Source: a virus | Taxonomy: Duplodnaviria > Caudoviricetes | DNA: 64,000 bases | Direction: 5' to 3' (one strand) | Virus record (IMG/VR): IMGVR_UViG_3300021254_000021 | Location: 64,001 to 128,000 of that record | Shown: positions 20,843 to 31,361 of the stretch, in pieces | Position numbering within the stretch: position 1 is the first letter of the stretch | Layout of the letters: every line of letters starts with the position of its first letter | Made by a program: the position numbers and the translations under genes | The notes under the pieces: generated by a model | Databases searched by the model: none | What the model was told of the DNA's origin: nothing | Seen by the model: only the letters and a program-made list of their open reading frames with translations

Positions 20843-22750
20843 ATGCCTTCAAGATTTCAAGGACGTGATTTTCAAACACTCCGTCAAGAAATAATAGACT
20901 TTGTTAAACAGAGAGCGTCTGAAACATGGGACAGCAATAATGCCGCTGATCCCATGATTCGTTTTATTGAAACCATAGCAATGCTAGGGGACAACCTTCA
21001 CTTTTACATTGATGCAATGAGACGTGAAGCAGATATGGCTACTGCGGCTTTAGCATCCTCTGTTTACTCTTATGCTTTACGTGAAGGTTATACTCTTGTT
21101 TTACCTCGCTCCACTCACTTTAGAATAAATTTGTATTCAGAGTCCGCCGCTGAAATACCAAATGTTTCCTTCAATAAGTTTGATGAGTTTGAGCTTCAAA
21201 ATGTTGAAGGGACATATTATGTTTTAACTCCTTTACCACCCACCTCTGTTTATTATCAGTATCCATACACTAATAATGATCCTAGTAATCCAGTAGAGGT
21301 AAAAGAACCACCCGAGATAGAAATTGTCGCAGGTGAGGTAAAGGAAGTAACATTTACTTTTTCCGACATAGACTATTATTCTAGGATAGAGTTACCAGAG
21401 TCAAGGATTGATGCAGAGATGTGTCAGTTAATTGCTCAGTCTGGGCAGGAAGTAAGGGAAATTATCCGAGTAGAGGATGTTATTTCTGATTTACAGCAAG
21501 CAAATGTCTTTTCTCTTACACCATCTTTTATTCATGGGGTAGAGAGACTTTATATAGAGTTTCCTTATAATTACCGTAATCTGTTTCCAACAAACACCAT
21601 CTTTACCTTTAAGTATCTGACGATAAAACAGGAATCTAAAACATCCAATTATTTTGAGTCTAAAGATATGGAAGGGGTAATTGGGTTGGCCACAAGTTCA
21701 GGTGGTTATAGAGAGTACGAAAATCCAGAATCCATTAAGCAGAACTATAAGCATTATGTAAGAGATTTCACATCATTAGTAACAAAGTTTGATTATAAGT
21801 CTTTTGTAAATTATAACATTAACTCACGCTGTCAAGTATTCGATAAATCCGATGAGTACAATGGGAACTTTGAAAGTATTCCCGTCCGTACCATGTACAT
21901 TCTTTCAGACTTGGCGTATGCAGAAAGAGAGGCTTTACGTAAAGAGATTCTAAAGAGATCTTCCCGTTCGGATAACATCTTTATGATCCCTTATGGTCGT
22001 AAACTTTATAGAGCCTTTATTATAGTAGAGGCTAATCTGTTAGCTGAATCCGAGGAACACATTAGGTCTGCTATTAAGTCCTCTTTGGAGTCCTTTTATA
22101 ATGACATCTCCGAGGTACGTGACCCAATAGAATCTGTTATTTACTACAAAGTTCATTCTTGTAATTCTGCTATTGCACGTGCATGGGTTATTTTAATAGA
22201 AGAAGGGTACAGAGAGAAGTTTACTCGTACCATAGATGGCGTAGAGGTGGATGTAGAAGAAGATTGCTCAAACTTCCCAACAGAGCAGATAATCACAGAT
22301 TCTACACGTCTGCATGAGTACATTGATGAAAAGATTGGGGATGAGGAAAATCCTCATTATAATTACATCTTTAAATTCTTTTATGACCTTTTACCTAATG
22401 ATCCAGAGGATGATACAGTAAAGGATTTAAGTTACTTAGATCGTTATTCTGAATTACCTCTAAAGAAAGATACAGTAGTATTTAGAAATGTACTGACAGA
22501 TGCCATTGATCGTTTATATAGCTTTAAAGGACAGAAACCTCTTATTAGAACATCCTATTGGTATCAATATCCGAGAACACTTCCATATTCTACCGTAAAT
22601 GAAGACCTATCTATTGTATCGGAGAACTCAGAGTTCTACTATGATAGTGAGGACATAGATACAATGTCCTTAAATGATCCTGACTATGAAAAGACACACT
22701 TTGTTTTACCTAGTCTGTTCGATACAATTATTTGGGTATATTCAACGTAG
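20843..22750 (+). CDS. Baseplate wedge protein gp6 / baseplate J-like
   Basis: RDFQTLRQEI...GDNLHFYID...E...TA...SV...A..GY; GG...E..ESIK...LVTKFDY. Start after GGAGG is probably 20843. Confidence 0.8.
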   Translation: MPSRFQGRDFQTLRQEIIDFVKQRASETWDSNNAADPMIRFIETIAMLGDNLHFYIDAMRREADMATAALASSVYSYALREGYTLVLPRSTHFRINLYSESAAEIPNVSFNKFDEFELQNVEGTYYVLTPLPPTSVYYQYPYTNNDPSNPVEVKEPPEIEIVAGEVKEVTFTFSDIDYYSRIELPESRIDAEMCQLIAQSGQEVREIIRVEDVISDLQQANVFSLTPSFIHGVERLYIEFPYNYRNLFPTNTIFTFKYLTIKQESKTSNYFESKDMEGVIGLATSSGGYREYENPESIKQNYKHYVRDFTSLVTKFDYKSFVNYNINSRCQVFDKSDEYNGNFESIPVRTMYILSDLAYAEREALRKEILKRSSRSDNIFMIPYGRKLYRAFIIVEANLLAESEEHIRSAIKSSLESFYNDISEVRDPIESVIYYKVHSCNSAIARAWVILIEEGYREKFTRTIDGVEVDVEEDCSNFPTEQIITDSTRLHEYIDEKIGDEENPHYNYIFKFFYDLLPNDPEDDTVKDLSYLDRYSELPLKKDTVVFRNVLTDAIDRLYSFKGQKPLIRTSYWYQYPRTLPYSTVNEDLSIVSENSEFYYDSEDIDTMSLNDPDYEKTHFVLPSLFDTIIWVYST

Positions 22751-22751
22751 T

Positions 22752-24531
22752 TATGAAGATTCTACCACCATCACAGATAAATAATTTACCTATTTTAGAA
22801 GAGGTGCTAGAGGAGCTACGTCTTAATGTAGTAGACCATATATATGAAATAGCAGAGGCGCTGAATCTCTACGCTTTATCATCCTTAGAGTTAAAACAGA
22901 AATTAAACTTACTTGGCTTTTCCAGTATCTCTATTGGTAAGTTTATTTCTCTGGATATTAACTCTAAGGAATTTGAGTACATCTCCCCCGAGTTCTATAA
23001 GATGTATAGAAAGCTGAATCAGCATCGAGGGAATAAGATGTCTATGGATTATGTATTTCATTCAGCAGGAATGATGAATACCTTAGTCCACTCCAATACT
23101 CAATTCTATAAGCAGAATGATATATTTGGTGATACAGCCTCTTTCTTTGACTTTGATACCTTTAGAGATAACCAGTTCCCAGAATTAGGTGTAGGAGATG
23201 GTTATATTATTGTTCCTTATACCTCTAATCGTTTACAGGTATTAAAGACTTACTTAGCCACTAATCCAATCATCTTTAACTTTCTTCCTGCGGGTTACAC
23301 CTTTATCTTTTTATCAGAGTATAGAAACTCGTATAATACAGGTGTATTGCAGTTCGACAATTTTTTGAATTATAAGGATGATGATTCAGATATTTGTTAT
23401 TATGTAAACCCAAATACTAAAGAGAAGGAAGTAAAGCATACAGGTGATACTGTCTTTGTAGAGGCTGACCCAGAAACAGGTGTGGATGTTTACAGAGTTA
23501 TTCCATACTATAATAAACCCCTTTATTGGGAAGCTATGGATTTTAACTTTGTAAGAGAGGATATAATTATTGATGATGATAATTCTTTCCCTTATTACCA
23601 CCCAGTCTTTGATTATGATCCTTTAGTATGGCGAGATACAGGTATTCCTTTTACACAGATTAGTCATTCTCGTTTTACAGACGACACCATTCACCAAATA
23701 CCTTTACCTTATTTAAACCCTGAAACGAATGCACCTTTTCAAAACTTGGATGATTACTTAGCTTATTATTCCATGCTTCTTAATCAAGATGTACTGGATA
23801 AAGCACAACAGGGTTATGAGGCAGATTTAAATAACACCCTCTTTTATAAAGACATTTGGCTTGGTGATTACCTTCTTTCTACCCTTAAAGGTGAAAGTTG
23901 GTATCCAGAGTGGTATGACCATGTAAAAGGGTTAAAGGCTATTCAAGCTCCAACTTACTCTTTTGCTTCTTTAACTAATAGAGGTGAATCTTTAGCCTCT
24001 CAATACTTACAGAGAGAGCAAAAAATTGTTTTAAAAGCTGACTCTTTAATTCAGCAGAATAAAAGAGAGATTATTGCTGATCGCAGAGAGACTGACTTAT
24101 TTAAATTTTCCTTTGTGGATGATTACACAGTATGGATCATTTATGCTGATGATCTTTCTATGGCTAGGAGTCAGTTAGAATTAGTCTTAGGTATAGACAG
24201 TAATAACATAGAGTATATTATAAGAAATATGCCTTGTGCTATTACAAAAGCTATGCCTTATAGTGAAGCGGAGAACTTTTATAATCAGCTCCTACATGAT
24301 TTAGTTAGTACAGAGGTTATTTTTGCTGTTAAGGATTGGAGCGGGAATATTGTCTTAACCAATGCAAGTGATCATAACACTCATGTTGAGCTATTGAATG
24401 CAGATAACGTAATAGGTAGTGATACGACATCCTTACAGTCTGTAGAAGCCTCTGTCAACTTCACATTAGGCCAAGACACCTTGTACTTAGGTTCAACCGC
24501 TTATACATTACCTTATATAGACATAGAGTAA
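22752..24531 (+). CDS. Baseplate protein (gp7 / tail protein I-like)
   Basis: Follows the gp6-like gene; HRGN and FLPAGYTF motifs. Exact start uncertain (track gives 22732). Confidence 0.5.
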
Positions 24532-24536
24532 GAGAG

Positions 24537-25709
24537 ATGAGTAAGTTATATATTTACAATAATGAGTATTACTCATGGGATTATCTCCACAATACTCTAG
24601 GCTTTTCTGAAACAAAGGCTTATTCAACTAATTTCCTTTCCTCTGAATCAGACACTTGGGGAAATGTTATTGGTTCTGGTTATTATACCTATACTAATAA
24701 AAATGATGTGAACACCTATTCTTACTTTGTCTCTGGTGTAACGGGATGGTTAATTATAAATCATCTTTTATCACAGCAACACATGATTCCGGGGTTTGCT
24801 AAGAGTACAACAGTAACAAAGAATGGTACAACCTATAATGCCTATTATTTAAATACCTCTAACTCTGTTTTCTACTTCTTTATAGAAGGAGGATCTTCAT
24901 GGATAACAAAAGCTCAGCTCATTTCTAATGGGTATGAATTACCAGCTTTCCCGAATCCTAGTGTTTTATACAGGACATATCCTACGGAGAAAGCATCGAC
25001 TATATCACCAAAAGGTTATGTCAATGTTGCTCCTAATGGGGAAGCAGTTATTTATAAAGTTAGTTCTGCTTTTCAGCCCGCCGCGAATACCATCTATGGT
25101 ATATCTAAATGGTCTATTCTCTCACATGAAACACATGGCGGTTTAAACTTAGGCCCAGCAGGTAAAGTAGAGAATAGAACAGCTCAAATACTGTCTATTA
25201 CAGATGTTACTTTAGGTTATTGTTCTTTTTATGCGGATATATCAGAAACAGTTTTATATGACACAACTACAAAGATTGGTTATACCACATTTGTTTATAA
25301 CTACTTTGGGACAAAGTATTACCATATTCTTACAGGTACAGGGAGTGTGTGGAGTACAAGTATAACAGGGTATTCCACAACTAAACCAACCTCTTATGAT
25401 TCCTTCAACGCCTACTTTGCATTTAGTGGAACAACACCCTTAACCGTTCCGATTTCTACAGGTACGTATCCTTTATGGAATAATTCCTCTGTTGAAACAG
25501 ATGCTTTTGGAGAGAGTAAAGAGGTATTTCTACCTTGGACATTTGTCTTTATAAATAGTTCTGATGAAGAGTCTGACCCTGCACTGATACCTATTATAAG
25601 CAAATTCGGTTTAGTAAATAATACTTCGGGGAAACTGGAAGTGGTTCTACAATTTAGTAGTAGCCGACTTTCCGCCAAAGGAATTAAGTATTATAAGATG
25701 TTAATCTAG
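24537..25709 (+). CDS. Tyr/Ser/Thr-rich tail-associated protein
   Basis: Beta-rich composition within the tail module. Confidence 0.5.
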   Translation: MSKLYIYNNEYYSWDYLHNTLGFSETKAYSTNFLSSESDTWGNVIGSGYYTYTNKNDVNTYSYFVSGVTGWLIINHLLSQQHMIPGFAKSTTVTKNGTTYNAYYLNTSNSVFYFFIEGGSSWITKAQLISNGYELPAFPNPSVLYRTYPTEKASTISPKGYVNVAPNGEAVIYKVSSAFQPAANTIYGISKWSILSHETHGGLNLGPAGKVENRTAQILSITDVTLGYCSFYADISETVLYDTTTKIGYTTFVYNYFGTKYYHILTGTGSVWSTSITGYSTTKPTSYDSFNAYFAFSGTTPLTVPISTGTYPLWNNSSVETDAFGESKEVFLPWTFVFINSSDEESDPALIPIISKFGLVNNTSGKLEVVLQFSSSRLSAKGIKYYKMLI

Positions 25710-25720
25710 GAGAATAAGTT

Positions 25721-27004
25721 ATGGCTTTCGATGTTTCCACGATAACTTTAAAAGGTGCGGAGTTATTAGCCGCCGCCACTTCCTCTGACAGATTTATTGT
25801 TGTGGGTTGTGATGCAGATACCAATGTTTTAACACAGCAACAGGCGATATACCATCCAAACCGCCCTGATTCCCCTGTATCCAATACCACAGAGGTAACA
25901 CCAATAAACCATTACACGATGAACTCTATTTATATTAGAGCTTATTTTAGAGCGGGGGAGACTACTGGTGGTAGTGTAAATACCCTATACCTTTATGGTC
26001 ATTTAGAGTCTGATTCTGCACATGACTATGTTATTTTTATAGCCTCTGCTTCTACATCTTTCCATCTACCAGAGGTAGGAGATGTTATGGATGAGTGGGA
26101 AGCAAGGTTGTCTATTAACTATAACCCTAATACAGATTCTATTGCTTATGCTACGTCTGCTACTTATGCTACTCAAGCGTCCGTAGATGCGTTAGAGGAT
26201 AGAATGGTATCTGTCCATGCTTTTAACAGCCTTACACAAGGTGATAATCAGGATATTTACGGAATAAAGACTTTTAAAAATGGAATTGAATCCCGTTATA
26301 TTTCTTTAGCAGATGACGATTATGTTTGTTTTGGTAGTAGTGATAATACTAGATTTTGGGGTGATGATGCTAGATTTATTATAGATCATGATAGTGGAGA
26401 AGGGTATAAAGAAGCATTACAAATTAGTTCAAGTGATTCTGGTAATGTTGGTACTACTTTATCCTCACATGGTTATGATCTTGAGTTTAAAGTATGTAAG
26501 CCTTATAATACTTCTTATAAAGATTTCCAAATTGCCTTAGTAAGAACAGATACATCCTCTGTACATACTCTTACAGTAGAGCCGTCGGTTGAGGGTAGTA
26601 CCTACTCTGGTTATTCCTTAAATTTAGGTTCTGCTTCAAAACCATTTAATAATGTATATGCGAATAATCTTAATGGTGTAATACCTTATCCTAGTGAGTC
26701 AGATAGCTTACCACCAGTAGGTAGTATATTTTTAGGTATAATAGAAGGTGTGAGTGGCTCTGGTGCTACACATTTAAAAGCCGGTTTTATACTAGATTAT
26801 TCTACCAATCAGGCATATTCAGAAAGAGAGTATGATATTCGTTATGCCACGGCTATGCCTATGTCTAATACATATACTCCAAACTTTAGTATTGGGGTAA
26901 GTTTGTCCACAGTTGGGACAAAGTATGTGTTATTGTGTGGAATATTCTTTAATTCAGGACAGCATGATTCTCAATTTTTAGTTTTAGTACAGAGAATACT
27001 TTAA
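25721..27004 (+). CDS. Tail fibre protein
   Basis: N-terminal ITLKGAELLA attachment motif; QDIYGIKTF and LGSASKPFNNVYANN fibre motifs. Confidence 0.7.
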   Translation: MAFDVSTITLKGAELLAAATSSDRFIVVGCDADTNVLTQQQAIYHPNRPDSPVSNTTEVTPINHYTMNSIYIRAYFRAGETTGGSVNTLYLYGHLESDSAHDYVIFIASASTSFHLPEVGDVMDEWEARLSINYNPNTDSIAYATSATYATQASVDALEDRMVSVHAFNSLTQGDNQDIYGIKTFKNGIESRYISLADDDYVCFGSSDNTRFWGDDARFIIDHDSGEGYKEALQISSSDSGNVGTTLSSHGYDLEFKVCKPYNTSYKDFQIALVRTDTSSVHTLTVEPSVEGSTYSGYSLNLGSASKPFNNVYANNLNGVIPYPSESDSLPPVGSIFLGIIEGVSGSGATHLKAGFILDYSTNQAYSEREYDIRYATAMPMSNTYTPNFSIGVSLSTVGTKYVLLCGIFFNSGQHDSQFLVLVQRIL

Positions 27005-27064
27005 TACGAAATTCCACAGTCTATCATTTATATTAGCGGTTCTCTTTTGGGGATGGAGGTATAG

Positions 27065-27565
27065 ATGATAGACTCTTACACAGCTACCGTTGTTTTGGTA
27101 GTTTTTATTTTAGTCTTTGGATTGATTCTACCTATCTTGGATAAAGTCCCTTATGTTAAAGACTTTATCAGTCTTAGGTGGAGTTTGGTTGTTATTTATT
27201 CTGCAATGTGTCTTGGTGTTATTCTTGATTTTGAACACCTAGACACCTCTGTTAGATTTGCAGTAATAGTAGGTGGAATTATCCTTTCCGCCATATTTCT
27301 CATTGTTCGCTCTTTGGAAAAAGCGGCTGTAAATAAGTGGAAGTTTCCTAGATTTAGAGGGAAGGTACAGAGAGGTAATACCTCTGGTGAAATCTCTGTA
27401 AATCCGAAATTGGAAAATTCCAGACTTGGTGATAGGGCGAATGAACTTTCCAATTTCGTTGTCTCACAGAAAGAGGAAGACTTTGAAAAGGTAATGAATG
27501 AAACCCTGTTTATTAGGGACATAGAAGATAATAAACAGGAGAATAAAAAGGAGAGTAAAAAATGA
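27065..27565 (+). CDS. Three-TM membrane protein (holin-like?), paralog of 27562
   Basis: Three hydrophobic segments; FISLRW...F.HL...GG.I...R..EK shared with the next ORF. Confidence 0.6.
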   Translation: MIDSYTATVVLVVFILVFGLILPILDKVPYVKDFISLRWSLVVIYSAMCLGVILDFEHLDTSVRFAVIVGGIILSAIFLIVRSLEKAAVNKWKFPRFRGKVQRGNTSGEISVNPKLENSRLGDRANELSNFVVSQKEEDFEKVMNETLFIRDIEDNKQENKKESKK

Positions 27566-27960
27566 TTAGTGCAAACCTCGCTCTTTGGATTTTAGTTGGT
27601 TTTATTGTGGTTTTGGCTATAGCCATTCCTCTGTTAGATTCCGTAGAGAAATTTTCCAAGTTTATTTCTCTTAGGTGGACGTGTGTATCAGTTATTCTTT
27701 TAATTATGGTTGGTGTTATCATTAACTTTAACCATCTTTCTGATAATACCCGTGATATTGTCATTCGTGGTGGCTTGATCGTTGTAGGTGTATTTCTCGT
27801 CCTTAGAACAGTGGAGAAGGTACTCTATAATGGTTGGCTAAAAGGATTTAATTTAAAAGGCTCAATAGAAAAAGGAGATTTGAAAGCTACCGCCGAACTC
27901 AATCATACTGACGATAATAAGGATGATGAGAAAAAAGATGATGGTGGAGAAGGGGAGTGA
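27562..27960 (+). CDS. Three-TM membrane protein (holin-like?), paralog of 27065
   Basis: Same shared motif; charged C-terminal tail. Confidence 0.6.
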   Translation: MISANLALWILVGFIVVLAIAIPLLDSVEKFSKFISLRWTCVSVILLIMVGVIINFNHLSDNTRDIVIRGGLIVVGVFLVLRTVEKVLYNGWLKGFNLKGSIEKGDLKATAELNHTDDNKDDEKKDDGGEGE

Positions 27961-28450
27961 TCTGAATTTTATTCATACCATTTTTTAAAAAGATGGGTTT
28001 TAAGGCTAAAAGATCATTTTCCTACAGGCGATAGAATCCCTTTTGAGAAAGTTGGTTTTATAAAATAAGATACATAGCGCCTATATTTGAATATTCTTCA
28101 TCTCAGATTAGATTTTCATATTTGAGTACTCTAAAAATGAAGAATATTCGGATATTTATAGGAAACCTTTTAGAATTTCCTGATTTACTACAGAGACATG
28201 TTTCATTTATTTCTATACTTTCAGTTAATTACCTAAGAATATACACACTATAAAATTCAAGGGTAATTAGAGTATAGTTTCAGAAAAACTGAAACGAAGG
28301 GCTGGGAGTCTAATAATCCCAAGCCCTTTCTTTTTTATCAAAAAACCGCAAAATCGCTAGTATTCATGCGGGTTTGATTCGCTTTTTAAAGATTTTCAGA
28401 AAACGTGAATTTTTTGAAAAAGTCGCATGAATACTACACTTTAGAGAGGT
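27961..28450. other. Long non-coding region with multiple inverted repeats
   Basis: 13-bp IRs at 28089-28101/28137-28149 and 28358-28370/28424-28436; nested hairpin at ~28213-28277; terminator-like hairpin at ~28296-28336. Confidence 0.7.
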
Positions 28451-28626
28451 TGGAGTTATGGAAAATGATCTGGCTATGTATATGGACTTTAGGAAAGTGA
28501 TAGAGGAGTTTTGTTATCCCTTGTTGAAGGAGTGGTCTGGGGAAGGGTATGTGGAGATCAAGGATGGTGATGATGTAGTAGGGTTTATGATGGTATTGGA
28601 CAATTATTATGTGAATGCTCTTTATG

Positions 28627-28760
28627 GTGAACTACCACGCACATGAAGATTGCGTGGCTTCTCGTGCAAGTTCATCACATACCAAAACTCGTTCGGCAGT
28701 TTGATGCACAGTAAGCGAGCTATCCCCGTCGTCCCGACGGTTCAATATCCTTAGACCTTT
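28627..28760 (-). ncRNA. TnpB omegaRNA (right-end RNA) scaffold
   Basis: Overlaps the tnpB 3' end: accgtcgggacgacgggga...gaagccacgc...gtggtagttcac. The 5' boundary is approximate. Confidence 0.7.
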
Positions 28761-29843
28761 TCTGTCTATATTCCTTGAGGCATTCAAATCTCTGTCATGC
28801 ACTTCACCACAACACGGGCACACCCATTCCCTGACTTTCAATGATTTGATGCCTCTTATGCTTTTATTCTGGAAACCACAGCCTGAACATATCTGTGTCG
28901 ATGGATAAAAACGACCTATTTTAACAATAGTTCTACCATACCATTCAGCCTTATATTCAAGCATATTCACGAACCTGCTAAACGACGCATCTGCGACTGA
29001 TTTAGCAATGCAGTGATTTGCTTCCATTCCCTTGACGGATAAATCTTCTAAGCAAATCACTTGGTTTTCGCGAATAAGCCTAGTTGACAGTTTTTGCAAG
29101 AAATCTTTTCTCTGATTCTTTATCTTTTGGTGACATCGTGCCACTTTGATTCTCATCTTTTCGTGATTCTTAGAATCTTTAACAGTCTTGGCAAAAGAAC
29201 GCTGTCTCTTTGCTAGTTTTTCTTCTGCTTTTCTGAAATGCTTTGGAGCTTCAACACGTTTACCATCGGAGCAGACAATGAAGTCATGCAGACCTAAATC
29301 AATACCAACATGTTTATCTGTCTCTGGCAATTTTTCTGGTTCTTTAACCTCGCATAGCACTGATGCATAATATTCTCCACTGCGTTCATGCGAAACAACG
29401 ACGGATTTAATTTCACCTTCATGCTGTCTATGCTCAATGATTTTTACATAACCAATTTTAGGCAGTTTAAGACGATTGCCATCAAAACGAATCGATCCAT
29501 TTTGGTTATTCGTTTTATAACTTAGTCTTGAATGCTTTTTAGATTTGAACTGAGGAAATCCAAAGTGTTCAGGATTTTTGAAGAAATTTCGATATGCCTG
29601 TTCTAAATTTAGTTGTGCATTGGCAAGAGCAAGACTGTCAGCATCTTTTAAAAATGGGTAGTCGTTTTTGAATTTTGCAGGTGTAACATACAGGGTTTCT
29701 TTATATTGTTTATATTGTTTATAATGCTTTGTTTTGGCATCAAGCATGAGATTATAGACCAATCTAGCACAACCAATATTCTGGTTGATTTTATCAGCTT
29801 GTGCTTTAGTTGGATATAACCTGTATTTGAAAGCCTTTAACAT
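28632..29843 (-). CDS. tnpB: RNA-guided endonuclease TnpB (IS605 OrfB)
   Basis: KAFKYRLYPT HTH; RuvC GIDLG / CLEDL / DRDLNAS; zinc finger CSGC...CPCC. Catalytic D-E-D intact. Confidence 0.95.
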   Translation of the reverse strand: MLKAFKYRLYPTKAQADKINQNIGCARLVYNLMLDAKTKHYKQYKQYKETLYVTPAKFKNDYPFLKDADSLALANAQLNLEQAYRNFFKNPEHFGFPQFKSKKHSRLSYKTNNQNGSIRFDGNRLKLPKIGYVKIIEHRQHEGEIKSVVVSHERSGEYYASVLCEVKEPEKLPETDKHVGIDLGLHDFIVCSDGKRVEAPKHFRKAEEKLAKRQRSFAKTVKDSKNHEKMRIKVARCHQKIKNQRKDFLQKLSTRLIRENQVICLEDLSVKGMEANHCIAKSVADASFSRFVNMLEYKAEWYGRTIVKIGRFYPSTQICSGCGFQNKSIRGIKSLKVREWVCPCCGEVHDRDLNASRNIDRKGLRILNRRDDGDSSLTVHQTAERVLVCDELAREATQSSCAW

Positions 29844-30108
29844 CGTGGTATTTAGCCTTGAATACGTGCCTATTTTACCTCTAAAAGAGTGTGTGGCGGA
29901 CGTTAGGCTTTACGTCTTTTCGGTAGCTACCCTAGCCACACAAGTATATAGATAGAGAAATCTTTTTGATATTTCAATCTGTTTTTTGTTATTTAACCCA
30001 CGGGCAAAATGCCTCGTGGGATTTCTTTATTTAGGTTAAAAGAGAGTAAGAATAAGTAAGTTATTCTAGCTATTATCTAATCTAAGTGTTTGCTCTTATA
30101 GAGAGGAG

Positions 30109-30477
30109 TTGGTCATGTTAGAAAAGATGGAACAAAACAGTTTGGAGAATGTCAGAGACAGCCTCTTATTCTTCTTTGATGATATAGAGGAAATGAGAAA
30201 GGAGTTTCTGGATAAAGAATCCCGACAATTCTTTGAATCATTAAAGAATAAATTTAGGGATAAAGTACAAGGGATTTTAGACGCTGTACAATCTAAGATA
30301 AAAGATGGGTCTCTTCCTTTAAAGGAAATATCGGATTCAGACGAATACAAGAAACTTAGATCTTTTTGTACAGACCTGATTTTCTTTTTGATGCAGAAAA
30401 AGAAAGAGTGTAAGGCATTAAGCAAGAAACTCAATGCTCTATTTCAGTTTTTGTGTACCCACCTAGAAAACAAATAA
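30109..30477 (+). CDS. Hypothetical helical protein
   Basis: GAGGAG RBS; start is probably ATG 30115. Confidence 0.6.
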   Translation: MVMLEKMEQNSLENVRDSLLFFFDDIEEMRKEFLDKESRQFFESLKNKFRDKVQGILDAVQSKIKDGSLPLKEISDSDEYKKLRSFCTDLIFFLMQKKKECKALSKKLNALFQFLCTHLENK

Positions 30478-30559
30478 GGTTCTATCTACTAAAAAGGGTA
30501 ACAAACCTAACTCTCTAAGGTTTCCTTAGATATATACACCCCTTATAAGGAGGAAAATT

Positions 30560-31336
30560 ATGGCAGATGTAAATTCCGTTAATCCCGTATTCGTTAATTT
30601 CGGTACGCTTGATCCTAATGTCACAGTCACATTCAAAGCTGATAGCGAAAGTGCGGCTGTCGAACAGAAAGGTGCTGAGCTTCTTGAAAAACTGGGTGAG
30701 CCCAATGGCGCTCGCTTTGGTTATGGTGTTGGCTATGCAGGTCTTCCTTATGTCAACAATGTAATCATGGACAGTGGTTGGGATGGCCCGAACATTCCTT
30801 TCCATTCAGAATTAGCAGGTGTTCCTTGGGGTCGTGCAGTTCTTTGCACGGGTAAGAAAACAGCCGCTTCTGGTGATGACCTCGCTAAAATCGAGCTTGA
30901 AGCGATTGATCCTAAGCACATTCATGGTACGTGCTATGGTACAACCATTAAAGATAGCAGTGTTCAGTTGAATTGTGGATTCTCTGTTGCCGCAGGTGCT
31001 GATCCTATAGCTTCTGATGCTACAAATGGTCTGTACATTGCTGTTATGGCACGTGCGGAATATAATGCTTCTGATGAATCTTGGACTATTGGTACAGGTG
31101 AGACTGTTGTTGCCCTTTCCGAAGCAATTGATCCTTCCGTCTTTAGCGTTGGTGATGGTAACACCCTCAAGTTCAACATTCCAGAGGCTACTGGTGGTTA
31201 CACCTTCACAGCCCGTGGTACACTGGCAAAAGCTCCATTCGTTCGTAGAGTTACCAATTACACCTCTATGAATGATAAAGTTTCATCCTATCCAACCTCA
31301 CAGGCTATTCTTGATGCCAAAGTGAATGCCGGTTAA
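30560..31336 (+). CDS. Probable abundant virion structural protein
   Basis: AAGGAGG RBS, TATCTA upstream, own terminator, Ala/Gly/Thr-rich, C-ending codon bias. Confidence 0.6.
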   Translation: MADVNSVNPVFVNFGTLDPNVTVTFKADSESAAVEQKGAELLEKLGEPNGARFGYGVGYAGLPYVNNVIMDSGWDGPNIPFHSELAGVPWGRAVLCTGKKTAASGDDLAKIELEAIDPKHIHGTCYGTTIKDSSVQLNCGFSVAAGADPIASDATNGLYIAVMARAEYNASDESWTIGTGETVVALSEAIDPSVFSVGDGNTLKFNIPEATGGYTFTARGTLAKAPFVRRVTNYTSMNDKVSSYPTSQAILDAKVNAG

Positions 31337-31361
31337 TTTAAGTCTTTAAATTAACTCTTTT

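Larger units (their letters stand above)
28627..30035 (-). mobile_element. IS200/IS605-family (IS1341-type, TnpB-only) element
   Basis: On the - strand: TTTAA, then LE hairpin aaagaaatcccacg...cgtgggtt, tnpB, and RE hairpin gaagccacgca...tgcgtggtagttcac. No tnpA. Confidence 0.9.
28458..30049 (+). pseudogene. GNAT-like acetyltransferase gene interrupted by the TnpB element
   Basis: IKDGDDVVGFMMVLDNYYVNALY; removing 28627..30035 rejoins to ...ALYVKRE*, resembling the GNAT LYVxxEYR motif, then stops. Confidence 0.5.

Noticed and set aside
29700-29726. 9-bp tandem repeat in tnpB (YKQYKQ)
   Set aside because: Simple in-frame slippage duplication; no sign of function.
28627-30035. IStron (group I intron + IS) interpretation
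   Set aside because: The element is antisense to the host gene, there is too little sequence for a group I core, and the host gene appears decayed.
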